The translations under genes and the position numbers were made by a program. A DNA stretch of 64,000 nt from Octopus bimaculoides (lineage: Eukaryota): the NCBI RefSeq assembly GCF_001194135.2, contig NC_068997.1, positions 37,449,536 to 37,513,535 on the forward strand, written 5' to 3'. The notes below the pieces were generated by a model. The model did not search any database and had not been told where the DNA came from. It saw only the letters and a list, made by a program, of their open reading frames with translations. This document shows, in pieces, positions 1-12,762 of the stretch; the first letter of the stretch is position 1; the number at the start of each line of letters is the position of its first letter.

Positions 1-41
<41 letters not shown>

Positions 42-870
42 AGGTATGTATCTAAATTTTGTATGACTCTTTTACTCTATCTTTTAGTCCCCTCATACTT
101 TCTTCCACTTTTCTTTTTTCTCGCTCCCCCTCTTTCTCACATTTCTTGGTGCTCTCTTTCTTTAACTCCCACTTTCTCTCCTCGTTTATCTCCCTTGTAT
201 CTTTCCCTTTGTCTCTGACTTTTTCTAATCATTCAGTCACACTGCCCCCTACCTCTCTCTCTTCCTTCCATGTGACCAGTGTCTGGCCAGCCATGATTTT
301 TCTTTCTTGGCCTGACTGCCAGCCACCAAAACACCTCTTATATCCATCTCCTATGTTCCTGCTTTTCACTTCATACACACCAGCTCAATTTCATTTGATC
401 TCAGTCGAAGGACACCTGTTGTTGTTTTCTTGTTGTTTGTATTCGTAATTGTGTACCATGTTCTCTGTTTTTTGTCTGTTGCCCTACACATTTGCTAGCT
501 TTCTTACAAAAAATCAAATGGTCTTAACTTAAACATTTTGGGGGCAACCAGATCAAACTGTCTCAAGTGTAACTGCCCAAAACAGTAAGGACTTCTGGTA
601 ACTTGGCTGAGGAAAGAAGGCCATGAATGACCTGTCTTTTTTGCTTGTCCTTCTGATTATTATTTTTCCTGTTCGTTTTTGTATTGTCTATCTGTCCAAA
701 TGTTTTATTGTCCTCTATTGCACTTTTGTTCCATTATATCTATATCTATCTACATATATATAAATAAATAATTGAGATTCAGATGAATTAGTACTTTAGT
801 TGAGGCACCAAAAATTAGAAAATTAGTGCAGCATTATCTGTACAATTTCAAAATAGGGTGAATAAAATCA

Positions 871-948
871 AAATAAGCAACAGGATATCCAGAGATGATG
901 CTTGAAACGGTCGTACTGCATCACCTCTGGATATCCTGTTGCTTATTT
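871..948. repeat. Short hairpin: 31-bp inverted repeat (1 mismatch) with a 16-nt loop, abutting an N-gap
   Basis: aaataagcaacaggatatccagagatgatgc (871-901) versus gcatcacctctggatatcctgttgcttattt (918-948). A related arm recurs at 26426-26480. Confidence 0.8.
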
Positions 949-1239
949 NNNNNNNNNNNNNNNNNNNNNNNNNNNNNNNNNNNNNNNNNNNNNNNNNNNN
1001 NNNNNNNNNNNNNNNNNNNNNNNNNNNNNNNNNNNNNNNNNNNNNNNNTCGAGATATTTTTAGGAGAGATAGCTATAATCATTCTTGCTTATTGTAATTT
1101 TAGTATATCATTAAAATGCATCTAATAAGCTGGCCTGTCAAATTTTGTTATTCTAAATTGAAGGAAATGATTGCAACAGCACTTTGAATGTACCCTACTA
1201 AACTCTAATTGTCACAACTGATTAGTTTGCAGAATGTAG

Positions 1240-1860
1240 TCAGAATGTGAAGACAAATTGGAAGCTCACTATGCAATAAAGTTTTGTGTTAAACTGGGCA
1301 AAAATGCTACAGAAATTTATGAAATGCTCTGACTGCTTATGGATTAACTTGTATGAGCTGAACATCTGTTTTCCCAAGCACAAAAGGCTAGGCAAAGCAT
1401 GTCCACCAGGAAGCCCATGATGACCCCTTTATTTGACAGCAACGGTATCATCTACATCCATTAGGTTCTCTATGGCCGGATGGTAAAAAGAAAAAAATAC
1501 TTTGTGGAGGTTTTGTGGGAGACATTTTGTCACAAAAGGCTAGAACTCTTCCACTCAGGTCAAACACTTTCACCAGTCCACAGTTCCATCCTAGTATCCA
1601 AATTCTTTTCAGAGATGGGCATCAAAGCTATCCCTCACCTCCCTACAGTCCAGACCTTACTCCCTGTGTCTTTTTGGTTGTTCTCTTAGTTGAAAAAGAA
1701 GATGATGGAGGCTGTGACAAGGGTCCTGGATATCTTTATGAGGACTTCTGTGGGCCTTCATGAAATGGCTGCAGTGTTGCAACTACTTTGAAAGAAAGTA
1801 GAGTTTTGTAGTTTTTAGAAGTTAATAAATGTCTCTCCTGGAAAAGTTTCAAAACTCCTG
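1240..1860 (+). mobile_element. Decayed, internally deleted mariner transposase
   Basis: Translates as YAIKFCVKLGKNATEIYEML (N-terminal HTH), FDSNGIIYIH, and PPYSPDLTPC (the mariner YSPDL motif), with stops and frameshifts. Confidence 0.85.
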
Positions 1861-2992
1861 AAATGCACTTTGAATATACATACGTGCATGCATGTATGCA
1901 TACATACACACATACATAGATACATACATACATACATACATACATACATACATACATACATACATACATACACAAACAGAGATAAATAGACAGATGTGAA
2001 ACCGGCTTTTTCTCTATTGGCAAGAAATCTTGAAATAAAACTGAATACTGACATACACACATACATACATACATTTGTTTATTTGTGTGTATACACAATT
2101 GTCCCACCCACTTTCCTCCACAATACATTCCACCACCCATCATCTCTTTAACTGAATTATTCTGCTGCTGTAATTAAATGTGAGCAGAACTGTATACTTC
2201 AGCTTTTTCCTGATACAACTCATCCCTCTTACTACTACCTGGGACCATTATTTTATCATTTCTTTATTATTATTACTATTATGATTCTGCAGCTCTTCAT
2301 CTCTTCATCTCCCCCAACTTATATATCATTTGTCATCACTCAACACCCCCTCTACCTACCCAATTTCTATAGTTGTCATCTACTCTTCCCTCTTCCATAC
2401 CTCCCCTACTTATCATTCTTTAACACTTGTCTCCCTCTAACCCATTCCAGTTATCACCTTCTACTTCACTCTTGTAACTCTGTCCTTCCTGTTCTTCTGT
2501 CCTGATTCATACCCCATCCCCAACTCCACCTTGACCACTCTCATCCTCTTTTCTATAATGCAAGTAACCGTGTAGCTACCTAAATTAAGAAATTTCTTCT
2601 GTTCTGGCCCTTTCTTTCTTAATGCCATAGTAAGTTTTGGGGGATCATAATCTTGCAGGCTGTTTGGTGACCTCACTAGTACTGGTGCCATTAAAAAGTA
2701 CTCAATATTCACTGTAAATAATTTGTATTAGGTAGGGTACCTAGCCACAGAAACTCTGCCAAAGTAGACATTGGAGCATGATGCAGTTTTTTGGACTTGT
2801 TTGATCCTGTCAAACTACCCAACCCATCAGACATGGATGTTAAAATGATGATGATGATAAAAAAAAAAATTAAAGGCAAGAGGACTGCTGCTGATCAGTG
2901 GGGGTCAGTGGAAGGGGAAAGGAAGAGAGAAATACTACTACTTATTGTCTCTCCAATCAACTTATTATTAATAATAATAATGAAAATTTTTA

Positions 2993-3210
2993 AGGCAGCA
3001 AGTTGGCAAAATCGTTAGCACATCAGGCAAAATGCTTAGTGGTATTTCATCCCTCCTTATGTTCTGAGTTCAAATTCTGTTGTGGTCAACTTTGCTTTTC
3101 ATCCTTTCAGGGTCTATAAAATAAGTAGCAGTTGAGCACAGGCGTCAATATAACCGACTTAGCCCCTTCCCCAAAATTGTTGGCCCTGTGCTAAAATTTG
3201 AGACCAATAA
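2993..3210 (+). mobile_element. tRNA-derived SINE, family D (gagctggcagaatcgttagc...gttctgagttcaaattc)
   Basis: A-box/B-box-like head (gagttcaaatt). Homologous copies at 20011-20192, 21773-21988 and three tandem copies at 30181-30893. Confidence 0.75.
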
Positions 3211-5579
3211 TGAAAACGTCTATTAACTTGATTATTTCATTTAAATTCTTAAAAGTTATATAACTCTTCAACTACTTACCTAGATAATATGTATTTATTA
3301 CAAAACAATAATGCCTGTAAACCTATATGAAGATGGTATTGCACTGGTCCCAAACAGACTACATAAAAAATGTGGGAGAAATAGCAAAACACTGTATTGC
3401 AAGAAATAAGCATTCAATGAATGTATCATCATTTGTTGATGATCATATCCAGAGTGATCATATATATAACATGCAAATGTTATGTATGTATGTATTGATG
3501 GTAAAATACAGGGGCCTACTTGCGTGTGTGTGTGTGTGTGTGTGCGTGCGCATGTGCACATGTGCATGCATGTATGCATGCATTCTTAACATGTACTCCA
3601 CAAGCTAAAATTTATACTACTGTAAAACAAGCAGCTATGTATATTTGATTTACCAGTAATAGCAGCCATATTTCCCTTAAAATCATTATATTATTTTAAG
3701 CAACATTGTAACCAGTCATAATAATTTTTAAAAACAACCACCACACTGATGTTACCATGAATAGATTATGAAAAGTTTAATAAGAAAAGCAACATAGAGA
3801 CATATATGTTTCCATCCTCCTCATCATTATCAATGTTTTAATATCCATTTTTAAATGCTAGTAGAGGTTGAAGAAGAAATCTGCAAGTTGATTTATCAAC
3901 AGTTTTTGATCATGTGTCATTTGAAGTTCTAATGTCTCCTTTTCTTTCTAAGTAATTTTTTTCAACTTTCTAATATTACATATTTGCATTACATATAGTT
4001 GCTTTTCTGCATGTTTGGTTGATGTTTTTAAAGCATAGCTGCTTTGCTAGCTCACACAAGCTAATGTTTCACGTTAAATGGTTTGAGACTGACTCATATT
4101 CCTCCTATATCTATATCTCATAGAATTTATTATACAAGCATTAATATCTGTGGCATAAAAGAGCCATTACCAATGTTTTAACTAAGGTATTGACTGAATT
4201 TGAAAACCTTATATTCTGAAATTAATTATAAGATTTTAAGACTTCATGGAGAAATAGATTTGATATTGTTGTCATTTAAATATAGTATTTCAAGCACTGA
4301 ATTGTTCCAGATATTGACTGAGATAACTAAGACAGCATGTATGGTTCTGACTGCTCTGAAGCTAAATGGTATTCATCTAAATTGGAATTGTAATTCTTTA
4401 GCATTTTATGTTCTCTCTTGGAACCAAAAATTGTTTTAGAACAAGTTTAGAAATACCTTTCTTTTTCTTTATAAAGAGCTAACTAATTCATATGCTCCTT
4501 AATGTGTTGTATAATTATTTTGTTATATGAATATAAATTGCAAAGAAATAATTTTGTAAATACTTTTATTGTAGATAGTTTAGATAATCATAAATGTGCG
4601 AATTTACTTTAACTTTCATTTACCCTTTTCCTCATATATGAGATGTAGTATGAGCATTTATTTCATATACTAATAATTTTCAAGAATGTATTTGTAAAGA
4701 TTCAAATTTTCTAAGGCTGGATACATATACAATTTCTGTGGGAATATATCATTATTCTAATGTTTGGGGATGATGTTAATTTTTGTCATTGATTTTATTC
4801 TATGTGCAAGGTTCATAGCCAATAATTTTCCTGATGAATATTGATAAAATTCTATGGTATATTCATTGATATTTTGTTACGATTAAATGGAGGTTTGGTT
4901 GCTGCTTTTCTGCTTTATCCTTAGGCAAGTTCACTTGCCTTTAGATATTAGAAATAATACTGATTTAGCATTATAGTGATTTACTTGCTGTTAAAAATGG
5001 CATATTCAAATTTATAATTGACACCAGTGTAGAAAAAAATGTGTGTAAAAGTCTGTTCACTCATTTTTATATATTTTTAGGGTGTATATACTTACTTATA
5101 AACGTCTGATTTCATTAAGTGTATTATTTTTATGTTGCCTCTTGCAATCTTATATCAGACATATGAAATCTTAGATTGCATACTCTTAGTGAAGAGCACT
5201 TGTAAAAGGATGGTGTGTTTACTAAATTGTGAAGTGGCAATTGTTAGAACAACATGCTGTGTTTTAAGATATTTTCATGCTATTTAGTTTTATCAAAAAT
5301 AGCAGGGCTTTGTAAAAGGAAATGGAAATGCCAATATAATAATTTAATCAGATTAAAATTATTCTGTCCAAATATCTTTTGCATTAAGTTTTATTTTCAT
5401 AATATTTATATTTCAAAAACTTTTTTTATCATTACCATAAATTTAAGAGTTTATAGTTATTATTTTATATTGATATGACTTGGCTTAAAAATATAGAAGC
5501 AAGGCCTGGAATTGAGAGGCCTGATGGTTAGCATAGGAAAAAGGAAGGTTTTAGTTAGTATGAAAGAAAACAGCTCTGT

Positions 5580-5760
5580 CACCATCTATGAAGTGCCTAT
5601 ACTTGACATGCAGAAAAAGGAGATGGTATGAACTATATGCTGTGTACAAATCCAAATAGTAGATGTACAATGTATGTAGTGGCATTTCAATGATGACGGA
5701 CTTCATGCAAAATAGGTACATGGGAGTGGTTAGCTGTAAGGGCACTTATAAAATGAAATC
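5580..5760 (+). mobile_element. Heavily degraded RTE-LINE C-terminal Cys-rich fragment
   Basis: Frameshifted reading CRK-GDGMNYMLCT...CSGI resembles the CGVCGRRLKANVVLCTRC...HGRC region of the RTE at 40221-43330. Confidence 0.35.
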
Positions 5761-5823
5761 ATTTAACTGCTCAAGGGGCTCACAAGAAGTAACGGCAGCT
5801 TTTGTTTGCAGAACCTAATTATA

Positions 5824-5991
5824 GGCACAGGCATGGTTGCATGATAAGAAGCTTGCTTCCCAATTACATGGTACTGAGTTCAGTACCACTGTATGGTACC
5901 TTGGGTAAGTGTTCTTCTATTATAGCCTTGAGCTGAGCAAAGACTTGTGAGTGAATATGGTAGACAGAAACTGAAAGAAGCCTGTTGTATG

Positions 5992-6054
<63 letters not shown>

Positions 6055-6444
6055 ATATGTAGTGGCACTCCAACGGTTACGACGATGAGGGTTCCAGTTG
6101 ATCCAATCAACGGAAACAGCCTGCTCGTGAAATTAATGTGCAAGTGGCTGAGCACTCCACAGACACGTGTACCCTTAACGTAGTTCTCAGGGAGATTCAG
6201 TGTGACAAAAAAGTGTGACAAGGCTGGCCCTTTGAATTACAGGTAAAATAGAAACAGGGAGAAAGAGTGAAACAGAGTTGTGGTGAAAGAGTATAGCAGG
6301 GTTCACCACCAACCCCTGCTGGATCCTCATGGAGCTTCAGGTGTTTTTGCTCAATAAGCACTCACAACAGCTGGTCTGGGAATCAAAACCATGATCCTAC
6401 GACTGTGAGTCCACTGCCCTAACCACTGGACCATTGCGCCTCCA

Positions 6445-6492
<48 letters not shown>

Positions 6493-6524
6493 ATATATAA
6501 ATATATATACACACACACACACAG

Positions 6525-6556
<32 letters not shown>

Positions 6557-6812
6557 ACAGATATACATATATATATATTTATGCATGTGTTTCTTTGTGT
6601 TTGTGTCTGCTTGACAACTGGTGTTAGTTTGTTTACATCATCGTTCAACAAAAGAGAATGATAAAATTAGTTCTAGGCTTAAAAACCAGAAAAGAAAATG
6701 AGTACTGGGGTCAATTCATTTGGCTAAAAAAAAAAAGAAGAAAAATGCTTCAAGGTAGTGACCCAGCATGGCCATAGTTTAATGACTGAAACATGTAAAA
6801 GATAAAAGATGA
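5824..6812 (+). mobile_element. tRNA-derived SINE, family A (head 5824-5995, tail about 6588-6812), split by a nested SINE in its internal microsatellite
   Basis: Head ggcacaggcatgg...aagaagcttgcttccc...gagttcagt...ccttgggtaagtg (CORE-like motif). Tail ...ccagcatggcc...aatgactgaaac...aaaagataaaag. The same architecture is seen intact at 34443-34843. Confidence 0.8.
6061..6445 (-). mobile_element. tRNA-derived SINE, family B, nested in family A
   Basis: Reverse complement begins gtggaggcgcaatggtccagtggttaggg...gattcccagacc (A/B boxes). GC-richer body ...aagggtacacgtgtctgtggagtgctcagccacttg... Confidence 0.8.
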
Positions 6813-7349
6813 AAAGTGTTGCAGTAAAAGCAGCCAGGGTAAAGACAAAGTAGAAAAAGTTCTGTGAACTACTACTTATACTGGTAAAACTTAAATTCTA
6901 AAAGAGTAATGTGGAGCACAAAAAAGTTTATGCCACTTAAGAATGGTTTTGCCTAACTCTTTAGCATTTAGATTATTTTATCAGATGTAATGCTTATTTA
7001 TTCACATCATCTCATATCTTCAAGATTTTGATGATGTGATTGCTTATTTTTAGAATAACATTGTAGGATAAATGTAAGAGAACCTATCTGACCAGTTTGA
7101 ACATAAAAACAGGTAGAATATTTGGGTCAGATACAGCTGGTTTAAATGCTAAAGGGTTAATATATATGAATTAGGTATAAACTCAGTACACTGTTCTTTG
7201 TACAACAAAAGATGCCTGACTAAATGTCATATAATCAGAACTTTAATGTGACAAATGCACATGAAATGAAGTTCACAACATTTCAGAAGGCTGTTTGTTA
7301 AGTAGAAAATATTTTTTGTCAACTAAATCATCCTACCATGGCATTACTT

Positions 7350-7606
7350 TCATTAAACACAGCAGCTGCAGGCTGGACGAAACCCTGAGGAAAGCCCCAC
7401 ACCAGATGAATGGATGTGATTGGGGAAGATCTTCAGAGCCTTCACGTCACCTTGGAGGATGCAGAAGGGCTGACACAGGACTGCCAGTGATGGAGAGCAC
7501 TGGTGGACCTAGTCGGCACTACACATCATGACACCTCTGGCACCACTAACTTGGAATGACCCCAGCCCCATCAACCAAGAGCATGAAGCCAAGCCAAGCC
7601 AACCCA
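7350..7606 (+). mobile_element. 3' end of a LINE (RTE-like C-terminus plus short tail)
   Basis: Translates as ...MDVIGEDLQSLHVTLEDAEGLTQDCQ*WRALV, typical of LINE ORF2 C-termini, and ends in a (ccaag)n tail. Confidence 0.55.
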
Positions 7607-7822
7607 ACTAGTTAATGCAATTAGTACTCAGATGCATTAGTGTAATATTTATAATTCCTAGGCATAGAAATAGGTGGAAGAAGTTTAGAGAACTTTTATC
7701 AGTGTTGATAACAAGAAGAAAAAGGAGAAACAAACAAACAGTTGCTTGACCTGCTACAAATAGCAATAAAAAATCTCTCACTTTGCAACCTATGTATGTG
7801 CCTGTATACATACATTATATAC

Positions 7823-7878
<56 letters not shown>

Positions 7879-7886
7879 TTGTGTGT

Positions 7887-8130
7887 GTGGAGGCTTGAGG
7901 GCTAGTAGCTAGGGCTTGTACTCATCATTGTAAGATTGTGGTTTCAGTTCTTGAACCTGGCGATACATTGTGTTCTTGAGCAAAACTTTACATTGCCCCA
8001 GTCCATCCTGCTAGTAAAAATATGTAATCCTATGATGGACCAGCTTCCCATCGATGGAGGAATGTATACATCACAGGATCCAGAAAACTGATCTTATGAA
8101 GCTATGGCTCGGGAAGGACCTTTGATTCTT
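7887..8130 (+). mobile_element. tRNA-derived SINE, family C
   Basis: gtggaggc...gtggtttcagttcttgaacctgg...gtgttcttgagcaa...ccagtcca. Homologous minus-strand copies at about 33900-34155 and 34165-34300. Confidence 0.6.
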
Positions 8131-8308
8131 CCTTTCCTTTGACATACACACACACACACACACACACACATATGTATAAGTATATACATATGTGTATGTA
8201 TATATGTACATGTGTATGTATAATGTATACATGTGTATATATATATGTGTATATGTATGTATGTACATATGTGTATATATATGTTTATACATACATGCGT
8301 GTGTGTAT

Positions 8309-8345
<37 letters not shown>

Positions 8346-8815
8346 CAGATAAGGAAATAATTTTATTCTCAAATGCAGGATAATACTAATAATATAGCAT
8401 GAACAGGATAAACTATCCATATTTTGCAGAAAAATCTGTTGGTCGCTGGCCATGAGACTTGAACTCACATCCCTGATTACACATCCAGTGCTTTACCATT
8501 AAGCTAAACTGAGCCAACAAATTCTTCTGCAAATTTAGGATATATAAATCTTGTTGGCTTTTAACGTAAGTTCAATTTAATGTACAGTAGCACCTAATAA
8601 AGCTAGATTTATATATCCTAAACCTGCAGAAGAATTTCTAGTTGGGTCAGTTTAGCTTAATAGTAAAGCACTGAACATGTAATCACAGAGATATGAGTTC
8701 GAGTCTTATGGCTGGCTGCCGACAGATTTTTCTGCAAAATATGGATCGTTCATCCTGCTCATGCTATATTATTAGCATTATCCTCCATTTGAGAATAAAA
8801 TTATTTCCTTACCTG
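8346..8815. mobile_element. Foldback MITE (CAG...CTG termini, TA flanks) with ~210-bp arms, each containing a tRNA-like unit
   Basis: TA|cagataaggaaataattttattctcaaatg... and ...catttgagaataaaattatttccttacctg|TA. Arms 8346-8553 and about 8604-8815 are reverse complements. tRNA-like segments at 8445-8516 (-) and 8644-8716 (+). Confidence 0.85.
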
Positions 8816-8821
8816 TATCTT

Positions 8822-10127
8822 TCAATACAACTCAATGCTTCTAAAGCAAACTTAGTTTGTTCTATGAGGTATGGACTTGTACAAAGTTTGAATTACTTCC
8901 AAAGGAATTTTTGTCCATTCTTCTGCTAAAACAATCTCCAGTTCTTGTAGTGATTGATGTTGGTGGAGGATATCAACTCCTTACTTGTTTTTCTAAAATG
9001 CACCATAAATGTTCAATAATATTGAGATCTGGGGACTGTGGTGGCCAGATAAGATGTTGAACTTCACTAGAGTGTTCCTCATGTCATTCAGTAACAATTT
9101 AGCTGTGTGAATTGATACATTATCATCCTGAAAGATTGCGTTTCCCTCCAGAAACAGTTCCACAGTCATAGAATAAATTTGATCAGATTAATGCTTAAAT
9201 AGTCTTGACTATTAATTCTGCCATGAAGGGAAACCACTGAGCCAGCAGATTTCCAAGATGTAGCCCTCCCAGATCATCACAGATCCTCCTCCATGTTTAA
9301 CAGTTGGAAGAAGGCAGTCTGGATCAAGTGCTTCTTTTGGCTGTCTCTGCACGTATACTCAGCCAGTGGTCGGAAATAAGGTAAAGGATGACTCGTCTGA
9401 GAAAATAACATTCTTCCACTAATCTAGGGACCAATTCTGTAAGTTTTTACTCCACTCTAAACAGTTTGCAATGGTTGTTTTTGGAAGTAGTGGTTTTCTG
9501 ATTGCAGCCCTCCTATGAAATCTGACTTTGTGCAGATCCCAGCAAACAGTTTTTGTGGAAACTGGGTTCTCAAGGTGGTCATTATGCTCTGCAGTAATTT
9601 TTGGAACTGTATTTTTGTGATCCTTTCTAACAATACATGTAAGAGTCTGATGGTCCCTATCTGAGAGTTTTGGTTTACTTCCGGAATTTTGTTTCGACGA
9701 GAGGTTTTTTCCCTCTTTCTCAAAGACTGTCATTACTTTTGAGACAGTACTTCTTGACACACCAAACATTTCGGCTGTTTTCATTATAGCTGGCCTGAAT
9801 AAGAAACACATTTCCATGGCCTGGAGTAGTAATAATACCCCTATACCCAATAATAATACCCAATAAAAGTCACTGTAGAACAAACAATATGAGCACCAAC
9901 ATTTTGACCTCTTTGAAAGGTGATAGATCAGTAATTTTAATGAATTTTAATTACCTTTTTCTGGTGATATCTGAAAAGAAACAGCAATTTTAGCAAAACA
10001 TATTAAGCAACACTAATAATAAATCAAAAAGCATAAAAATAAACAAGCTTTTGATGGTTTTTATAGATATTTCAAAATTATTCATGCTATGATGGTAGGT
10101 GTTTCCATTATTTTGTCCAACCCTGTA
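8822..10127 (-). mobile_element. Decayed Tc1-family (DD34E-type) transposon
   Basis: ORF 9419-9883 gives the HTH (AEMFGVSRSTVSKV...KPKLSDRD...RKPLL). Downstream are VIFSDESSF, TVKHGGGSVMIW, QDDN and WPPQSPDLNIIEHLW. 5' TIR tacagggttggacaaaataatggaaacacc at 10098-10127. The 3' TIR is missing. Confidence 0.92.
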
Positions 10128-10319
10128 NNNNNNNNNNNNNNNNNNNNNNNNNNNNNNNNNNNNNNNNNNNNNNNNNNNNNNNNNNNNNNNNNNNNNNNNN
10201 NNNNNNNNNNNNNNNNNNTATGTATGTATATATATATATATATGCATATATATGCATATATGTGTGTGTGTGTAGTAAAATGAGGCTTAAGATAGAATCA
10301 GGTACTTGAAAAGGCATGG

Positions 10320-10433
10320 ACCAGGTACCAATATGGACAGTGACTATATCGGCAACAATGCAAATAAAAATAAAGATAAAAATAAAAACATGAGTTCTTC
10401 ACTCAAATACCCAATAAAAATCACAGGGGAACA

Positions 10434-10482
<49 letters not shown>

Positions 10483-11400
10483 TTAATATTCCTCTCATCA
10501 CTACTTTCTCAACGGACACCGTTACTGTACACAACAATACCAGCAGTGAGCAAGTCATGTCAGTTAGACATTATAATACTGACATCAGTCAGTTTGCCAC
10601 TAATAGGAATTACAGCTGTAGCAACTCTGCCACAACTACCAATAGTTGCAGCAGTATGGATTCCACTAGCTTAAGCTCACCCAATACCACTCTCTACAAC
10701 TCTAATACTCTCTCCACTAGCCGTAATGGCAGCCCACCTACTCCCATTCATGTTGTGGACAAGCTAAATACACAGAGCTCTAACACCAGTGCTGGAAATC
10801 TTTCCATTATACCACCCACCATCGACTCTTTAGTGTCACCATCTAAAAGCCAAATCTCTTATGTCAATGCCCAGTACCAACAGTCTCCAACCCAGAACTC
10901 AACAACTAATTATAATCATAACAGTATTGATTGTAGTAATATAAACCCTAGCAACTACTATGCAGACACCAGTAACTCTCACAAGCTTGAACTATTATGC
11001 AATAATAATGTTGGATCATGTACCCATAACAATAAATTTCAAGTATTAGAAAATATTGGGTGCAATTGTTTAGACAAAGCATCTTGTCCACTTTCTGGTC
11101 AATCTTTAGCAGTAAATGTGGTTTACGAATGAGATGCTCTAATGGAGGCAGGGCTGGTAAGATGTCTCTAGCCATGAAGATTTGGGAGCTCAAGGATGAC
11201 AATGCTAAATTCGATTTGAATTGGGATGTCATTAAGGTCGCTAAACCATACTTAAACAGTAGATAAGGGTGCAGACTATGCTGCATGGAGCTTTTGAAAT
11301 CTTACGGAGATCAAATAGTAAAATCTACTAAATAATAAACTAGACCTTCATCTTTCCTGTATACATAAGGCTACTTGCACATATAAGTACTTTAAGGACA
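10320..11400 (+). mobile_element. Penelope-like element remnant: Ser/Thr/Asn-rich linker plus decayed GIY-YIG endonuclease
   Basis: CNCLDKASCPLSGQSLAVNVVYE and SLAMKIWELKDDNAKFDLNWDVIKVAKPY...CRLC match PLE endonuclease motifs also seen in the 36380-37010 copy. Confidence 0.8.
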
Positions 11401-12762
11401 TTAAACAACATCTATAATGGCCCTCAACATAGGCCTAATCTAATGCATTCCCTCTTTCACTGACTCTTTAGTCGATCAATCTACCTATTTGTTTCTGAGT
11501 CCTCCTAGTTTCATCTTCCCTTATCAATACATTTTAACCACTCTTAGTATACTTGCATGGTATGCTATATTGAAGGAACTAACCATTCTGTCTATGGTGT
11601 ACCCAGTATTATGCAATAGTGATGGCATTGATACTTGTAGGTTAAACCTACACGTAGCAGCCTGCACACCCTAGCCAGTTCTTTTCCATTTCTACTAGGT
11701 ATGTATTCCTTACACCAAGATACAATTTTTTGAGTAGCACATATTAAATAATAGATAGAACACACTATCCAAACCTCTTACCCATGACTATTGTCTGGAG
11801 TCACTTTACCTGATTCACACTAAGGTGATTATACCATCTAATTAATTAATATCATCACCACCCGTTTAACATTCCAAACTGTTAATCATTAAACTACTCC
11901 CTACTGCTGGCTTTTCTTGATATCCAATCTGCTATTTTCTCTAACTCCGTACAAGGTGTAGCTCTTTAAACTCTTTATTGTTACATAACACTCAGCCAAT
12001 ATCTACTGAATACCCCTAAATTCTGTGTATCTCTGTCTTCCTCCCCTGGTCATTTAGCATTAGTTAGAGATTCCTACACCCTGACCCTATGCCTAATTGG
12101 CTTGTATGCTTTTATTTTTCTTCACCATTACTTTTGATTTATTTATAATTTCTTTCCTTCTTCTTTCTTTAATTTATTTTATGACCTCTCCTTACTTCCC
12201 ACTCCACTAAGCCTACTATAATAAATTATCACCTACACCCCACTCCAGTCCACCCATGATCTAGTCTAGCAGATACCTTCTCACCTGGATCACTGACCTT
12301 AGATATCATTTTATACACTTTCAAGAACTGTATTATTAACCTCAATGGACAACATAGTTGGTCTTTCTCTCATTTGATAGTTGGCCTCAGCAGACTCCAG
12401 CCACATCCCTGCTGCATTCTTGGGATATTCTTTTGTTTCATAAAATTACTTCTCATCTGATGATTACAGTCTTTTGTAATGAAGTAATGTTGTCATTCTT
12501 CCATTAAAAAGTTACATAAGAAACAGTTGTAATGAGCTGACAATTATCCATCATATATTATTATCCATATGTGTGTGTGTGTGTGTGTGTGCGTATATAT
12601 ATATATATATATATAAATAGGTTATGAGAGGTAATGGTGTCAAGAAAACCCAAAGATGCCAGGTAATGCTGAGTAAGTGCTATGGACAAACTATAGTTAA
12701 GCTACAGGTTCGGTAATTATGCGAATGAGGAGTCCAGCATAGGTTATATATTAGCATGCATA

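Noticed and set aside
4200-4439. 79-aa ORF and possible small exon ttccag|ATATTG...GCAT|gtatgg
   Set aside because: Non-ATG start, weak donor and no recognisable protein similarity.
8445-8716. Two genuine tRNA-Thr(UGU) genes
   Set aside because: Acceptor stems do not pair and anticodon stems are disrupted. They are treated as tRNA-derived arms of a MITE.
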